From Lepidodermella squamata (taxonomy: Eukaryota > Animalia > Gastrotricha), in the NCBI GenBank assembly GCA_047495785.1, contig JBLDXI010000016.1, positions 682,001-746,000 of the forward strand: DNA of 64,000 bases, written 5' to 3'. Under the pieces are notes generated by a model. That model had not been told where the DNA came from and did not search any database. It saw nothing but the letters and a program-made list of their open reading frames with translations. The position numbers and the translations under genes were made by a program. Positions 1 to 11,300 of the stretch are shown here, piece after piece (within the stretch, counting starts at the first letter, position 1; every line of letters begins with the position of its first letter).

Positions 1-785
1 ACCAACAACAGAAGCCGAGGTCGATTCGGTGTTACACGTATCTGAACATGAGGTTGGAAGGCAGATAGATTTGACAGCCCAACTTTTGCTTAAATCAATG
101 GCAGAGGAAAGCTTGATGATGGCAAAATCCTAATTCCGATTGGTTGCATCAAACTGCGGATGCCACGAAAAGTCCTCAGCCGTTATCGAAAATTCAGTAG
201 ATTCGACGATTTGAGAGTTAACATCTCCAAAAAACGCTCGAACGTGCGATGGAAAATTATTCGAGTTCTGATTGAACAATACGCTTTTGAAGAAAATTAA
301 CTAAGAGTGAGCTCGGTTGGTTTTATGGTCTTACTACAAAGGGCCTGCTGTGGTCAAAAGATATCTGTCGCCGATGATTGTTGCGCTGAAATTGTATGAA
401 TCTTGCATACTCGGAGTCTTGACCACCAGACGGGCATTCCACGGATATCTGACAAAGGGACCTCTGTATCACTACTTTCCTAAATAGAGCAATTCGACTC
501 ACGCGTAAAGAGGAGCATCCACTCCGCCAAGTATTCCTATCCCACTCCGACTCGAAGTATTGAACATAAAAGTATTTAATCCACATTCTGTTGGTATCTT
601 AGGCGGTGTGGTGGTAGTTACGGGCGGAGCCTGAGTGGTAGTCGGAGTCGTAACCGTTGTCGACGCTCGAACTCGAAGGCCTGGCCCGTAGTTTTCTATT
701 ATAGAACTCGGCAAAGGGGGGCATGCTTGGTTTCGATAGGCCCCAAGGACTGCGAGAATTCCGAGAACAAGATTAGCTGCGAGTC
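1..785 (-). pseudogene. Pseudogene of the two-domain S1 serine protease (copy A), running off the window's left edge
   Basis: Same exons as copies B and C (signal-like LVLGILAVLGAY, Thr-rich linker, ILGGVDAPLYA|YPWNARL, GDRYLLTTAG). The ATG-containing segment present in copy C (ttctttttttgatacaATG) is missing, and TAC>TAG creates a stop at 130-132 (NRN*DFAII). Confidence 0.85.
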
Positions 786-1309
786 TCAGCTTCAAACTCT
801 CGAAAATAAAAACTCGTGCATATATATCTGGGCGAACCCGGGTAGTTTCCCTTTTTAATTGCAGATCCTGTGATAATTGCTGCCTTCCTTTTCTATAGAA
901 ACCTCTAACGGAGGCGTGGAAGCGTTGGCAGCTAAGGTCACGCGCATGTTTTCGATCAACCGTTAGGTATGTGGATCCGACTCCGGCTCGTGAATTTTTT
1001 TTCAACTTAACGACTTGGTGTCACGCCTATTCACAACAAAACATTATATTCTTTTGTTTGGTTCGGATGTGGCTATTTATCCTATTTCTGATGAAAAAAT
1101 TGTTTAAGGAAGCGGATGTATGGATATCCTCATAAACCTATCCACTGTTTATGTAGCTTTGGATCAAAACTTTCAGACTGAATATTTTGCAAATTTATTG
1201 GGTACAATAGAAAGAACATTTTAGTTGAAATGGTTTGGAAAATACAATAGGCTGAGCGGTGAGCTAGAAGATGAAACCTTGAGAATGTACTCTCGAACTA
1301 TGAGCATAC

Positions 1310-1740
1310 TCAATTTTGCGAGTTCTTCACGAAAGCGTTGATGATTTTCTGCCAGCGCCTCTCCGACGACATGATGCGGCGAGCAAGCAGCTTGGCCCAA
1401 ATGTAGAACGGATGCGGCGATGCGTTGGCGCAAAGGCTCTTAGCATCATCGTTTGGAAGAATTTCGCGGCAAAGCTTCGCGGCGAGCAGGCGCTCGTTGT
1501 TCGACATTATTTTCAGCAATTTTGATGCAGCTACCAGCTCGCGTTTTGCCACTAGAATCCACACACGTCCTAAAGAAGAAAACTAATGCAATAAAAACAA
1601 CAAATACATAGGATGATAAACTAACGCGCAAGATAGTTTCGTAATCGGATGGTGGATTCGCCCCGTGAAAGGCCTTCGCCGCCACGGTCGCCCATCAGTG
1701 AGCCGATAAGCGTAACCAAAATTGTCCATCGAAAGCACAT
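1310..1740 (-). CDS. Unknown secreted basic protein, family member P1 (subtype alpha), 124 aa, 2 exons (1740-1626, 1569-1310)
   Basis: Spliced ORF MCFRWTILVTLIGSLMGDRGGEGLSRGESTIRLRNYLARRVWILVAKRELVAASKLL...CREILPNDDAKSLCANASPHPFYIWAKLLARRIMSSERRWQKIINAFVKNSQN. It has a 56-nt GT-AG phase-1 intron at the same position as its paralogues and TATAAA at 1772-1777. Confidence 0.85.
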
Positions 1741-2399
1741 TTTTAGTATTTTACAGTTACGGTTACTTAACTTTATAGCCTCCTAGGTATGTGCGCAACC
1801 AAAAGATGTTTGTTTCAAATCTATCATGACAAGAGCCGTCAAGCCGCGTATTTGATACGTCTATTAATTATTCGCTAAAATTTGGGCCCATCAGAGACTG
1901 ACAGTAATGTGTACACCTCATCTGGCTAATCATGTCCTAGTTTGACACTCCCTTCACATAGCAGCCAGGGTTTATGGCTGATACGATAAGTTCGTTATAA
2001 ATGGCTATCTTCCCCGTATAATTGACAGCTATGTCCGCATGCTTCTTGGAAGTTTGGCATATGCTGTCCATAAAATAGGTTAAGCCCGAATTAATGAGGA
2101 GTGTATGTGGTTAGCTTCCTTTAATATCTGTCCAAAATATCAAGTTTTCGAAATATATATCGCAGAACTGGATATCATGTTAATTTCCGCTATCGTTCTA
2201 GGCGCACTGTCCCAGACATGTGCTATACTTCAGAGTGCTCGACCCTTTCGAATTTCAAATCATATTTTTATTGTTGTTGTTCGCTACTGCTTGACTTGGA
2301 AGGGAAGGGACAAAATGATACGGTTCTTCGTATTTTCTTCATTAAAATTTTATAATATAATTTGTTATAATGGCTTTATTTATACTCCTTACGACTAAA

Positions 2400-2627
2400 C
2401 GTCTCTAACGGTTTCCCGTTTTGAAGGAGTGGGCATTTTACTGCCTAACACAGACACACAGGGAATCATGCGCACACACAGGCTTTGCATGTCCAGGTCC
2501 GGGAGCTGGGGCGAAGCGACTTGCACAAGGCCGCAACACTTTTTGGTGTTGCTCTGTGGGCAGCTTGAATCGAACGCACGACCTTCGTCATGATGAGGGG
2601 GCGCTCGATCCACTGCGCCACTGTGTT
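2400..2627 (-). mobile_element. tRNA-derived SINE, CORE-like
   Basis: Minus strand shows A box TGGCGCAGTGG (2620-2610) and B box GTTCGATTC (2575-2567), then CCTTGTGCAAGTCGCTT (2530-2514), resembling the CORE-SINE motif CCTTGGGCAAGTCACTT. There is no complete tRNA cloverleaf, and the 3' end is approximate. Confidence 0.7.
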
Positions 2628-3248
2628 TCATTAAAATTGTTGTCTGGTAATCATCAGTAAAGCAATGGTTTGCTAGCTATTCCGTAAGATTTTATTCGAT
2701 TAGCAGCAACAACTGGGGAAACGTCCCTTCCATTGTCCCTAAAAATCCGTTCTGCGAATGGTTTAATGTACCGAATGGTTTCAGTGCTCAGGAAAACGAC
2801 TCCTCCCATTCCTGTCTTTTGAAAATTTCGAGGGCCCCTCTGATGATCGCAAATTTCGGGCTGCTCGCTAAACCCCGTGAGAGCGGGAACAATTCGCACC
2901 ACTATATGATTTCCTCAAACAGCTTTGAACGCAGCGTGAGGATGATCAGCCTCGAATTCATATCGCATTCAAGATGATAGGAAAGGGGATTCGGACCAAT
3001 AGCAACCTGCTGAACATCGAATTTCCTCCGCTGTCAGTAGCATATTCTATTTGCTCAAAAGCTCCATTACCCTTAGTTTCGTGCGGACCCCAACATTAAT
3101 TGCGCAGTGGCACAAGTCCACTTTTACCCTCTGATTGTGCAATTAGTTTCGGGGGCCACACGAAGGCCGAAGGAGATCCGGAATTGAGCATTGAGCATTC
3201 TATTTAGCAACGGCCGGTGAAATTTCCCGAATGCAGTCCCTCACCTTG

Positions 3249-3420
3249 ATAGCCTCCTAAAAGTTACGAACTAAAGTCTGTTTGTTTCAATTATATCGTG
3301 ACAGGAGCTGTCAAAATACATAATTGAAAGGTCTACACTGCGTCCACTTTACTCCTGGTAATTTGGGTCCATCATCAATCAATTGTTTGACTCTAGACTG
3401 TAATGGGTACACATGCTGTT
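3249..3420 (-). promoter_or_regulatory. Orphan copy of the small-protein promoter with no adjoining coding exon
   Basis: Aligns by eye to 1775-1920 (atagcctccta...tgtttgtttcaa...tgacaggagctgtca...aatttggg.ccatca...gtaatg.gtacac). No family exon is found on its downstream side. Confidence 0.6.
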
Positions 3421-4332
3421 CACCGGCCCATCTCATCCGCATCGCATATTTCTTAGGAAGAGAAGTAATTGCTGTCCACAAAAGCCCGAGGTTACGAGAG
3501 CGTATTTTATGAAAGCAACTTCTCAAAAGTTTGATTGACTGAAAACGTTGATCAACAAAATCGTTTTAGGTACGAGGAATTACCTAAAACCAGTGTTTTT
3601 TTAAGGGGTTTACGTTTAAAACGTAGGCAACGTTGACAAAAATTGGACGGTTTTTTATGGGGATGCCATTCAGAGAAGGGAACATCAAAGTAAAATGAAA
3701 ATGCATGTCTGAGATCCAACCAAGAGCTGACCTTAGGTCATACATGTCGGATTCGCCCGCGTTCAAAACCAGGCGCATTTCCCGGTTTTTTCCTGTTCAG
3801 GAAAGGATGACAGACTTTCGGATCATATAATTAACCCAAATCTCGCGGAAATTGATTTTCTTCCGATATTTTCTCAACAATAGTATATCATCAAATTTAT
3901 TCAGAATCTTTAACAGAGACTTCAATTGACGATACAATTTCGATGACGCCGTGCAGTTCGACTTCACCAGCGCATTAGAATTCAGACTTCAGACCAAAAA
4001 GTAACAAAAATGAGCAGGCTTGTAACATAGGAGTGTTTACATTTGATGCTACGATTCAGGCGAAGCTTACAGTTTAGGTAACATAACCAGTAAAATAGCA
4101 AAACATAACGGTAACAACAGATTAACCCTAAAACGATCATCGGAAATCATGTGATAAATATGTGGAGAAACGAGGAAATGGCATCCACGTTATTACTGGC
4201 GACGACTTCCATTTAAAATATCTTCGTTCTTCTTTTTGTCCGTTTAAAAGTACATTTTATGATAGCGAAACCGTGAGTGAGCAGAACCGCTGCTTCATAG
4301 ATAAATATTTCTTGTTATCGAGCACATGCGTG

Positions 4333-4765
4333 CTACAAGGGTGTTCCTTTGAAGGCATTTGTAATCTGCAGCCATCGCCGCTCCGGGGACATGATGTGGC
4401 GAACAAGCTGTTTAGCCCAAATGTAGAACGGGTGCGGCGAGGCGTTGGCGCACAAGCTTTTCATGTCATCGCCTGGCACAATTTGCCGACAGTGGTCAAT
4501 GGCTATAAGGCGCTCGTTTTTCGACATCAATTTTATCAGCCTAGAAGCAGCTTTCACCTGACCCTTCAAAATTAACATCTGCACGCGACCTAATAACAAA
4601 TTCATAAACATACCAAACTATTAATATAGAACGAGTATTTAACATACTTGCGAGACATTCACGTAACCCAAGTTTAGCATCATATTGCGTTGGAGCATCC
4701 TCTATGTTACTATCGCTTATAAGCGGACCAACGAGCGTAAAGAAAACTGTCAATCGAATGCGCAT
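4333..4765 (-). CDS. Unknown secreted basic protein P2 (subtype beta), 124 aa, 2 exons (4765-4648, 4589-4333)
   Basis: MRIRLTVFFTLVGPLISDSNIEDAPTQYDAKLGLRECLAS|RVQMLILKGQVKAASRL...HCRQIVPGDDMKSLCANASPHPFYIWAKQLVRHIMSPERRW; 58-nt phase-1 GT-AG intron. Confidence 0.85.
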
Positions 4766-5559
4766 TTTTAAATATCAGAGAATGATCAAAATTAAATGAG
4801 AAAACTATTCGCTTAGTTGATGCCATTTTGAATGACGTCACTTTATCATAGGAAGGTCGGAAAATTATTCTCCTACGATCTGAAACCAGGTTATTGTTGA
4901 CAGCTGTTGTATTTAATGCAATTTTCAATTTCAATTTTGCGCTACCTGATTTTTACGTGCCAATGTTGATTAATGTTTAACGGAATACTTTTCATTATTC
5001 CTACTTGTGTTTTATTCTTTCGATTGATTTCGCCCTAGATTGCGATAATTGATGGTTACAAGTGTTTTGTATTGAAAAATTAAGAGGATACGTGCTAAAT
5101 ATGTCCGAACCTTCATTCAGGTACACTGAAATGTCCAATTTTCCGAAGTTCTTGGGCTTGCGAAAACTTCGACTTCTATGCGGGACTCCAGCTAGAGGAA
5201 GGTTGAAAAAACACTTATGGGACCCTTTGGTTTCTTCGGCTAGGTGCTAGAAAGCATCATAGCTCCCGGATCCTACTTAAAGACTCATTGATTCTTTGCA
5301 GCTTTTTATTTGTTTGCGTTACTTAAAAGAACCTATAAAAGCTTGAATATTAGCGCTCATCAAGCGATTGTTCCGTGCTAATTAATACCACCTCATTAGC
5401 TTGCTTGTGCGGGCCTTTTACTTTTTATCCTAAATCATTATCAGATCTTCGCGGCAATTAAACTAAGAGCATCAAAGTCTGGTTTGAAATGATTTTGAAA
5501 ATAATTATTATTAGCCTTGAATAAATACAAATTTGTCACTTGTTGAGTAGGAGAGTCAC

Positions 5560-7917
5560 TCAAACAGCATTAGCCCTAATCCAGTCGATATAGGCAGCAA
5601 CTCGCGTGTAAACCGAGTACATAAGCCCGCAACGGGTGAAACCGAAAGAAGTTATGCCGCAAAGCTTGTAGTAACCCTGCGAGCCCGCCATCATCAACGG
5701 ACCGCCAGAATCACCCTGACATGTGCTGACCCCAGAGGTTTCATAACCTTTAAAACAAAATGAAACCTTCAATTAATCTATAAGTGTCATGGCTGAAATT
5801 GACGAACCTGCGCACATCATAGTGTCCTGGATTAAGCCGGCTGAAAACGTCGCCGAGCATGTGTTCTTACTAACAATTGGAATGATGGCGTATCGTAAAA
5901 CGTCACTCAATCCACCCAAGTAATTCGTCAGACCCCAGCCTGAAAGACAAGAAATCAGGTGAAAATTTACCACATAGCACTTAATAAGACAGCTCTAACC
6001 GGCCACGGTGGCCAATGTTCCAGCTTCGCAATCATCTGAGGCTGATGCTGGCAAGCAGATTTTCTGGACATTCCACTTCGAAAAATCAAGAGCCGCTGCA
6101 TGAAAAGGGTTTAATATACTTCTGAGCCCGATTTAGCAGCAACCTTACCAGGAAGCTTTAATAGCGCGATGTCGTTTATGTAGGTCGCTGCGTTGTGAGC
6201 TGGGTGCGGCTTGCAGATTGTAGTTGACACGGAATATTCGCCGCTCTCGTCTCCTGCTGTCTGATTGTGTTCCCCGACGTAAATTATAGCGGACCTTTTT
6301 AATTGAATCACTTTTTGAAAATTGATAACAATCGCAACTTGATGGATTACGAGAAAGTTGTCCCGGCTAATGAAACGCAATGGGCGGCTGTCAGAACGTA
6401 TCTGCAAAAAGGTTTTACCAAGTAGTGAATTAAAATTGTAAAAATACCTGTCACTGATTATGCTCCCTGTGCATCCTAAGGCCGTTCCATTGGAAAATAT
6501 TGTCAGAATTCGAACCGTCCTAAAAATAAAAGCGCGTGATTGAAGGTTCCAATGTTAAAAGTTCTCCTTAACCAGGGGAATTGATTAGGAAGAGCTATAG
6601 AACCTGCAACAATACCAGATCCAGGCGCATCCCTGCTGTTGTAGTACTTGGAATGACCACAAGTACTCGCGACATTTGTTGGTGATGGTGTCGAAGGAAT
6701 TTGCTGGTTGATAACGTTTTGTATCCAAGGCAAGGCCATACACAGACGTGAGCTGTAATTATGCGAGAATATATGTGAAAATTTCAAGTAGCGCAGCAAC
6801 TTACAACACTGAATCGTAAAGAGTGGAGCCAGACTTGTATCCGTAGGAAAACGCGCCACACAGCGTGTAGCGTGTTCCGTTGAACACCGTCAATCCTGCC
6901 CCGACGTCGTAAGACCAAGGCAGGTATCCATTAGAGTTGGTAGCGCAAAGCTTCGTGTCTGTCACTGGCGCATCTGACGAGCTGTATTGAGCCTGACAAC
7001 TAGCTCTGTTCGAGATTTTCAACGTTGAACTCTTCAAAGTTGGCGATTGCGAAGTAGAGGAAACCGATGTTGAACCCCATCCTGAGAGAGATCAATTCTT
7101 GGTAAAAATAATTTCGTGTTACGACTGCTAGAACATACCAACAACAGAGGCTGTGGTTGACTCTATATTACACGAATCCGAACAGGTAGTTGGGAGGCAA
7201 ATAGATTTGACAGCCCAGCTTCGGCTGAAATCTATGGCGGCCGAAAGCTTGATGATCGCAAAATCGAAATTACGCTTGGATAGCTCAAACATCGGATGCC
7301 ACGAATAGTCCTCAGCCGTTATCGAAAATTCAGTAGACTCGACGATTTGAGAGTCTAGATCTCCAAAATACGCTCGTATATGCGATGCAAAAGCAAAGGA
7401 ATTCTGAGAAAATAAAGGACTTTTGACGAGAATTAACTGAGTGAACTGCGTTATTTTTATGGCCTTACTATAAAGAGGAGGCTGTGGTCAAAAGATATCT
7501 GTCGCCGATGATTGTTGCGCTGAAGTTGAAGGAATCCTGCATATTCGGAGTCTTGACAACCAGACGGGCATTCCACGGATGCCTGACGGAGGGACATTTC
7601 TATTACCACTTTTTTTAAACCAATTTAACTCACGCGTAAAGAGGAGCATCCACTCCGCCGATTATTCCTATCCCGCTTCGACTCGAATTATTGAAGATAA
7701 AAGAATTTAATCCACAGTCTGTTGGTATCTTAGGCGGTGTGGTGGTAGTTACGGGCGGAGCCAGAGTGGTAGAAGGAGTTGTAACCGTTGTCGACGCTTG
7801 AACTCGAAGGCCTGGCCCGTAGTTTTCTATTATAGAACTCGGCAAAGGGGGGCATGCTTGGCTTCGATAGGCCCCAAGGACTGCGAGAATTCCGAGAAAA
7901 AGATTAGTTGGGAACAT
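5560..7917 (-). CDS. Secreted tandem S1 (chymotrypsin-fold) protease, copy B: inactive domain 1 + active domain 2, 11 exons
   Basis: Signal peptide, Thr/Pro linker, then IIGG. Domain 1 has TTASS in place of TAAHC and YDVGAG in place of GDSGG. Domain 2 has IVAG, LTAAHC, NDIALLKL and STCQGDSGGPL. Ten short GT-AG introns keep the frame open to TGA at 5560-5562. Confidence 0.92.
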
Positions 7918-8442
7918 TTTATCAAGAGAATCAACATCGAAATTCTCAAGAATACCCAGCCTATATATATCTGAGCAAAGCCAGTTGGCTTCTCTGTTCA
8001 GTCGCACATCCTGTGAAATTTGCCACCTTCCTTTTTTAATTTCTATTGTAACTTCTGACGGAGACGTGCGATAGCGTGGGGCGGCTTAGGTCACGCACAT
8101 ATTTTTTCCGTTAGGTATCTGGATTTAGGTTCCGGTCATTTGTTTTTTCAACTGCCTCGACCTGGTGTCACGCCTATTCATTACTGAAAACTATGTTCCT
8201 TTGTTCGGTTCGGACGTTACTATATCCTATTTCTGATGCAAAGAAAGTGTAAATAGGCGGATAAAGGAAATCCTCTAAAACGTATCCTGACATTAGATCA
8301 CAAGTTAATCACTGCATATTTAGCTAATTTATTAGGTACAGTAGAAAGAACATTTTAGCTCAAAAGACATGGAAAATTTAACAGGCTGAAGTTTGAGCTC
8401 AAATTTTTGAGAATTTTTGAGAATTTAGAATGAGCTAATGCG

Positions 8443-8790
8443 CTACGAGCCTAATTTTGCTTGCGAGTTGTTCGCGAAAGCGTTAATAATTTTCTGCCAA
8501 TGCCTCTCCGAAGACATGATACGGCGGGCAAGCAGATTAGCCCAAATGTGGAACGGATGCGGCGATGCGTTGGCGGAAAGGCTCTGAACGTCATCGTTCG
8601 GAAGTATTTCGCGGCCAAGTTCAGCGACCAACAGCCACTCATTGTTCGACATCAACCTCAGCAGTTTGGATGCTGCTGCCAGCTCGCATTTTGCCACCAA
8701 AATCAACACACGCCCTTAAGAAAAAATGAATATAATATTCAAACAATTATGCGTAGAAAGATGAACTAACGTGCGAGATATTTGCACCAT
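8443..8790 (-). pseudogene. Small basic protein P3 (alpha), 5'-deleted pseudogene
   Basis: Exon 2 and the intron (8770-8715) are intact, but exon 1 is reduced to ...CKYLA. ATG, signal peptide and TATA are gone, with promoter sequence (aaatctatcatgaca, ~8826) joined almost directly. Both conserved Cys are substituted (LGREILP, SLSANASP). Confidence 0.8.
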
Positions 8791-9859
8791 GATTTATTTA
8801 CCAAATGATTTATGTTGTTTGTTGCAAATCTATCATGACAACTTACCTGCGTCTTCTAATTATTTGCTATAATTGGGGCCCATAAGCAACCTGAAGTTGA
8901 CATCAACGAGTACACCTCATTCAGTTCGTCATGTCATTCGTCATTGATTGGCGTTCTTTTCTAAGCTGCCCTCCTCTGTGCGAAATGGCTTCTAAATAAT
9001 AAGTAATTTACTGAGAAACCAGGGTTGATGAATATATGGAGACGGTAACTTCATTATAAATGGCTGAAAAACTTGTTAATAAAAGTCAAAAGAACGGATA
9101 GGACCGGATTAATCACAACATCCTAAGATCGTGAACTCTTGCGCTTCCGAACTTTTGGTTCGCGTCAAGTAGAGGTTCCCTCTTGCTATAGATAAAGTTG
9201 TGTTGAACTTCAAGTCCTGTTCGCCCCTTACATTAACGTATATTTTTCGAAAAATAGCAGATGGCAGTACCGAAATCCGAAATATTAGAAATATCTTGCG
9301 GCGCGCTGCCGGATGTTTCCGCTTCATAGTCGCCTGCTCTATCGGCATTGCTTGCTACTGTCTACTCTGGATTCACCACTTTTGGGGTTTGCCTCTTATG
9401 TGGCCTGCCGTCTCAAGCTTACAAATCAAACGACTCTTCTTTCGCTCATCCTGAAAGTGGCATCGAAATCTCAAGTTGTGAAAAATATGTTTTGTTCATT
9501 CTTTTAACGGCTTGGTCCAACAAACGGTAAATATGTGTTTTTACATAATCAGTATCGTCATTGAGAACGCTTCTTAAAATCAAACGAGGATTTGGAGGAT
9601 TTCAAAAACTGCCACGTTGTTTACAATTACTCACCATGGCGTGCAAATCTACATTTTGACTGCATAATGTAAATCTTGGCAAACTCATCCGAGTCCTGTT
9701 GAAGGCGTTATTTATCTTTTAAGAATCAACGATAGGTTGAGGAATATCTCATATCTCACATTTTCAAGAAATCAAGTAAATAACTTTAGTAGAACGCAAC
9801 GTCACTTCGGCTAGTCAAGCGAGGCAATTCTCTCACTTGAGATTCCTATTCCGCTTACA

Positions 9860-10050
9860 ATCTTGATTCTCTGGAAAGCATTGCTGATCTTCTACCAATG
9901 GCGTTCTGATGCGGCGAACCAACAGCTTGGCCCAAATGTAGAATGGGTGCGGTGAGGAATTTTTGCAAAGGCTTTTCTTGTCAGTGATTGGAAGAAATTC
10001 CCGGCAGCGTTTAAGAGCTATTAGGTGCTCGTTTTTCGACTATAGTCATC
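9860..10050 (-). pseudogene. Small basic protein P4 (beta), exon-2 fragment
   Basis: Matches P7 exon 2 (SKNEHLIALK..CR..LPITD.KSLC..SSPHPFYIWAKLLVRR). It has an 8-nt frameshifting deletion near 9910 and no 5' part. Confidence 0.8.
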
Positions 10051-10349
10051 AACTGAGCCGCGGAAGAAAATTCATTTTGCCAACGAATCATAACGGCTGA
10101 AAGAATGAAACGCAAGTTGTACATGCATGGACAAAAACAAGTGGACTTGTGGTGTGAGCTTGGAATGTATGATTAACGTCGTTTTCAAGATTGCTTCGCA
10201 CTTTCGACGTGCCAGTATTGATTGATCTGATTAAGCAAACAGAATCTCTTGCGCAAAACGACGCAGGTCAGCTCTGACCACGATTACTGTTTAGCGCTAT
10301 CATTCCTAAAGTTTATCGACAACAAGAAACAAGATATTTAATATTCCGG

Positions 10350-10796
10350 CTAGAAATTTAAGATGGAAATATGACAAGTATACGTGGTGAATTTGTCTGA
10401 AACTGGGCATACACGCAAGCGACGTTCTGACGACATGATGTGGCGAACAAGCAGCCTTGCCCAGATGTAGAAAGGCTGGGGCGAGGCGTTAGCGCTCGCA
10501 TCGCCAGTTGGTAGAATCTTCTGGCAGTCAATATGCGAAATCGTCCGTTCGTTTGCCGACATGAGCCGCAGCAATCTAACGGCAGCATTAAGCCGGCGTT
10601 TGAGAATCAAGTTCCAAACGCGCCCTGAGTCATGAAGGTAATGAAATAGCTTTAGTTTTCGAATTTGGAATATTAACATACTGGCAAGGTATGACCTCAG
10701 GCCCACAATTGGTTCAACGTTCGACGAACCAGCTTCATTGCTCTCGCCTATCAGCGTGCCGACAAGCGTAACAAAAACTGTCAATCCGAGGCACAT
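10350..10796 (-). CDS. Small basic protein P5 (gamma), altered copy with a new C-terminus
   Basis: MCLGLTVFVTLVGTLIGESNEAGSSNVEPIVGLRSYLA|RVWNLILKRRLNAAVRLL... It lacks the RLC tripeptide (second Cys), and after ERR it reads into former downstream sequence (matching 16223-16252). It may be non-functional. Confidence 0.65.
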   Translation of the reverse strand: MCLGLTVFVTLVGTLIGESNEAGSSNVEPIVGLRSYLASMLIFQIRKLKLFHYLHDSGRVWNLILKRRLNAAVRLLRLMSANERTISHIDCQKILPTGDASANASPQPFYIWARLLVRHIMSSERRLRVCPVSDKFTTYTCHISILNF

Positions 10797-11300
10797 TATT
10801 TTTCTGCTCACTGGAACGTGCGGCAGTGACTAAAGGCAGAGCTTACTGACATTTGTCAATACACCCGACGCACCACTGTTTTTGCGGTGTGCGTGTATTT
10901 TAAAGTTGCACTACTGTCATTAAAAAATGCATTCAAGCTATAGAACCCTCACTTTATGCGTTGCCGCCTCAATTACATAAGAAATTGTATGGAATCAAAG
11001 CAGTACTTTTCCCGTTCGCTGTAACCGCATCGCGGATACAATAATTCATGAGCATTAACATGAGCTTATTGACTCATTGATTACTTGCACCTATTTATTT
11101 GTATGTGTTAGTAATAGGACCCTATGAAAGCTTGAATATTAGCGCTTGTCAAGCGTTTATTGTGTTGATAATTGATAACATTGATTTGACCTATGGTCCA
11201 ACTCATTAGCTTGCTTATACGGAATTTTCCAAGTTAAAATATCATCAGATCTTCACGGCTATGAAATTAACTAAGAGCATCGAAATCCTATCCATACAGC

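Noticed and set aside
499-1005. 168-aa ORF as an intact protease N-terminus
   Set aside because: It starts at TTG and runs through promoter sequence. The true ATG is deleted and a downstream exon has a stop, so it is a pseudogene.
2560-2627. Functional tRNA gene
   Set aside because: A and B boxes are present, but acceptor-stem pairing is poor and a CORE-like SINE body follows.
1316-8769. Recurring plus-strand ORFs (1316-1525, 4162-4575, 8461-8769) sharing PLRRHD...PNVERMRR
   Set aside because: These are antisense shadows of the minus-strand small-protein exon 2. Splice sites, signal peptide and TATA all support the minus strand.
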